From: Gnetum montanum
Lineage: Eukaryota > Plantae > Gnetophyta
Length of the DNA stretch: 64,000 nucleotides
Assembly (NCBI GenBank): GCA_015680685.1
Contig: MNCI01002702.1
Location: forward strand, 129,897 to 193,896
Direction: 5' to 3'
The notes below the pieces were generated by a model. That model saw only the letters and a list, made by a program, of their open reading frames with translations, made no database searches and was not told where the DNA came from. A program made the translations under genes and the position numbers. Shown in pieces: positions 61,700-64,000 of this stretch. Position 1 is the first letter of the stretch, and every line of letters begins with the position of its first letter.

Positions 61700-64000
61700 G
61701 AAAAAGTGCTTGGTCAAACCAAGAGTACGAGAAGGATCATGAACCATTAAGAACAAATTTAAACACTTTGGTGAGCTTAAACTCTTGATGATTACAAATG
61801 GCTCCAAAGAGATCAGCAGGCGAAGGACCTTCATAGACATGTAACAAAAGACCAAGAGGCCAGGAAAGAGGCTAAGCAAAATAACAAACTTTGCAAGTTG
61901 AACATGCTAAGTAAGAGGCTCAATCATTCAAAATTTATCAATAGACTCCTACCATTGAACAACCAGCATAAGTAGAAGTGGATGCACCACTAGCACTTGA
62001 ACAAGGACAACATCTCATGTTGTCTACGGATTGTCTATAGGCCATCTAGGAAAAGTCCATCATGTCCATGGTTATTATGGAACTAAACTTTGGTCCATTC
62101 ATGGAGTTTTCTCTAGAAGTTATAAGAACACAACTCTAGGCCTCTCCACGATGGCCAACATTATCCAACAATGTAGAATGGTATTTAGGGAAAGTCTATC
62201 AATTTTGAAGGGATAAGCAAGATGATGAGATAGTGAAAATAGAAGGGACCATAGTATCATATCCAATTGAGGAATTTACTAAGGGCTTAAATATTCCAAA
62301 TGAAGGAGCCAATGTTGCATAGATCTCCACAAGGTTAGACACAGATGCTAAGAAATTATGGCTATAAAAGACTTATGGCAAAGAAGACAAAGATTATAGT
62401 GAACTCACTGCAGAAAATAAAATTTATTTTAAGATTGGGACTTATCACTTGTTTCCAACTAAGAGGCTTAACAAAATCTCCACATACATAGCTGGAGGGA
62501 GTGCGATACTGATGGATGAGTTTAATGTTAACATAACTCTAATCTTCCTAGAGATTCAGAGACAATTTAAGGAAAAGAAGGTAGTGAAGCTAACACTACC
62601 ATTTCCTTGCCTAATAAGAAAGCTTTGCAAGAAATCAGGGATCATGGATTACACTAATGATGTTTCATGTAAAGCCTAGAATGCATCCTATGCAGAGATG
62701 TCCAAACCAATGTTGCTGAAGAAAGATTAGCTGGAGAAGCTAGTAGGCATAGAGGAAGCTTCAAGTTCAACATCTACTAGTAACATTATAGTTACCTATC
62801 AACAACAACAGGCAAGACCTAGTGGTTCAACACCTGCTAGAGACTGACAACAATAACAAGCTTCATCACCTCCATAAGACTACTATCTATCAATGAACCA
62901 TCTATATCAGATTGTAGATACTATCAATCGAGGAGCAATAGAGGGATCCTAATTTTACAAAGCTAGAGAAATCTCAATAAGGTTCATAGTTTCCATAGAT
63001 CCTACTAGGGGTAGGTATCATTATAGATAGGAGGAGAGGAAGACTGGGCACAACAAATTTCAAGGAACACTACATCGTTCTAAGTAATGCTAGAAACTAG
63101 TGAAGGTACCATAATTGTTGTTATGTAGCACCAAGATGCAGCATGAGCAACTGAAGTAATAATTGATCACATCAAGGAGTCCTTTAATATTCCTGTTGTG
63201 CCACCATTCAATATCTTTGGAGCTAAGGATGCCCAAATGCTAGTTGGTACCTCGATGACTCTTGTTGAACATGAAGACATTCTTAACAGACTGTTACAAA
63301 TAGGTTAGGTCATGTAAAATCTTTTTGATACCTCTAATAATATCATTGTAGTATAGTCTAACTTGAAAGCCACAAAAAGAAATATGGTGATGGTTGAAAT
63401 GAGGGCAGAACATGCTAAGAATGAAGTGTAAGGACTCCAAGATGAATTAGCATCTCTTAGAGTAGAATTAAGGGATCTTACATGATTTGTAGCCTCAAAC
63501 TAGCTTAAGTAGTACTGAACTGATCAAGTGAGGTAGCTCATTGCCCACAACAACCATGTGTTGATGGAAAGAAAGAAGGTAGTGTGGAATGTATTAGTTG
63601 CTGAAGCTCAAACATACACATGGCATAGCTCTCATATCCTTGGAGGAAAGAATAGAAAGCTCGTTGCTAATAATACAAGGTTAATAGATGTTGAAAAATA
63701 GAAAAACATTCTCAAGGGAAGCATTCACTAGTTGAGAGAACAACTCATGTGTGTTAACCAAGATATGAGGAGATTGGCTCAAGAGAATAGGACCTTATCA
63801 ATGGAAGAAGTACACACTATCAGACAAAAGTCAACTTTTGAGATAAGCGCTTGGCAAAATGAGACCAAAAGTCATGAAAAGATTAAGGAGCACTTCAAGG
63901 GCCAAGTGGAGATGTCCAAGAAAATAAATGAGGAAGAGATCTAGATGGCAAAGGGAAAAATCAATTCCATCACTACTTAGATTCCAAATTGGTAGCCCAT
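61700..64000 (+). pseudogene. A4 Athila env-like ORF, degenerate
   Basis: LVHSWSFL, LIFLEIQRQF...LPFPCLIRKLC, then coiled-coil sequence homologous to A1 27590-27760. Confidence 0.65.

Larger units (their letters stand above)
52376..64000 (+). mobile_element. Athila-like element A4: LTR (52376-53275), PBS, gag, PR, no RT/RH/INT, env-like ORF; runs off the window
   Basis: PBS at 53276; gag about 53420-57700; protease CKALLNSGFRVNLISQ near 57855; PPT-like agttgtgggggag at 58733; post-pol blocks at 59387 and 59835 homologous to A1 24836 and 25530; env-like motif near 62540. Confidence 0.82.

Overview
Repeat-rich plant nuclear DNA. One host gene is present: a minus-strand BRO1-like-domain gene (At1g73390-type, N-terminus MGCFIS). 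Eight of its coding exons can be spliced in frame: six at 42195-45259 and two at 3771-4052, separated by a 38,142-bp intron. The remaining 3' exons lie left of the window. That intron holds a nest of decayed retrotransposons: an Athila-like Ty3/gypsy element (6908-29507), a chromodomain-bearing CRM-like element inside its RT (11467-22539, perfect TSD CCAAT), L1 pieces and further LTR remnants. More Athila-like copies and solo LTRs lie upstream of the gene (49000-64000). The most notable observation is an LTR-element family, here called 'B', present in two diverged 5'-truncated copies. Each carries an intronless plant CCR4a/b-type deadenylase (EEP) ORF shortly upstream of its polypurine tract and 3' LTR (15733-16883 +, 30343-31433 -). 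Between the copies many substitutions are synonymous, which suggests the ORF was under selection as element cargo. One copy also carries a 5S-rRNA-derived Pol III promoter segment (15012-15083). All calls come from reading the sequence by eye and from recalled family motifs; no searches were run.
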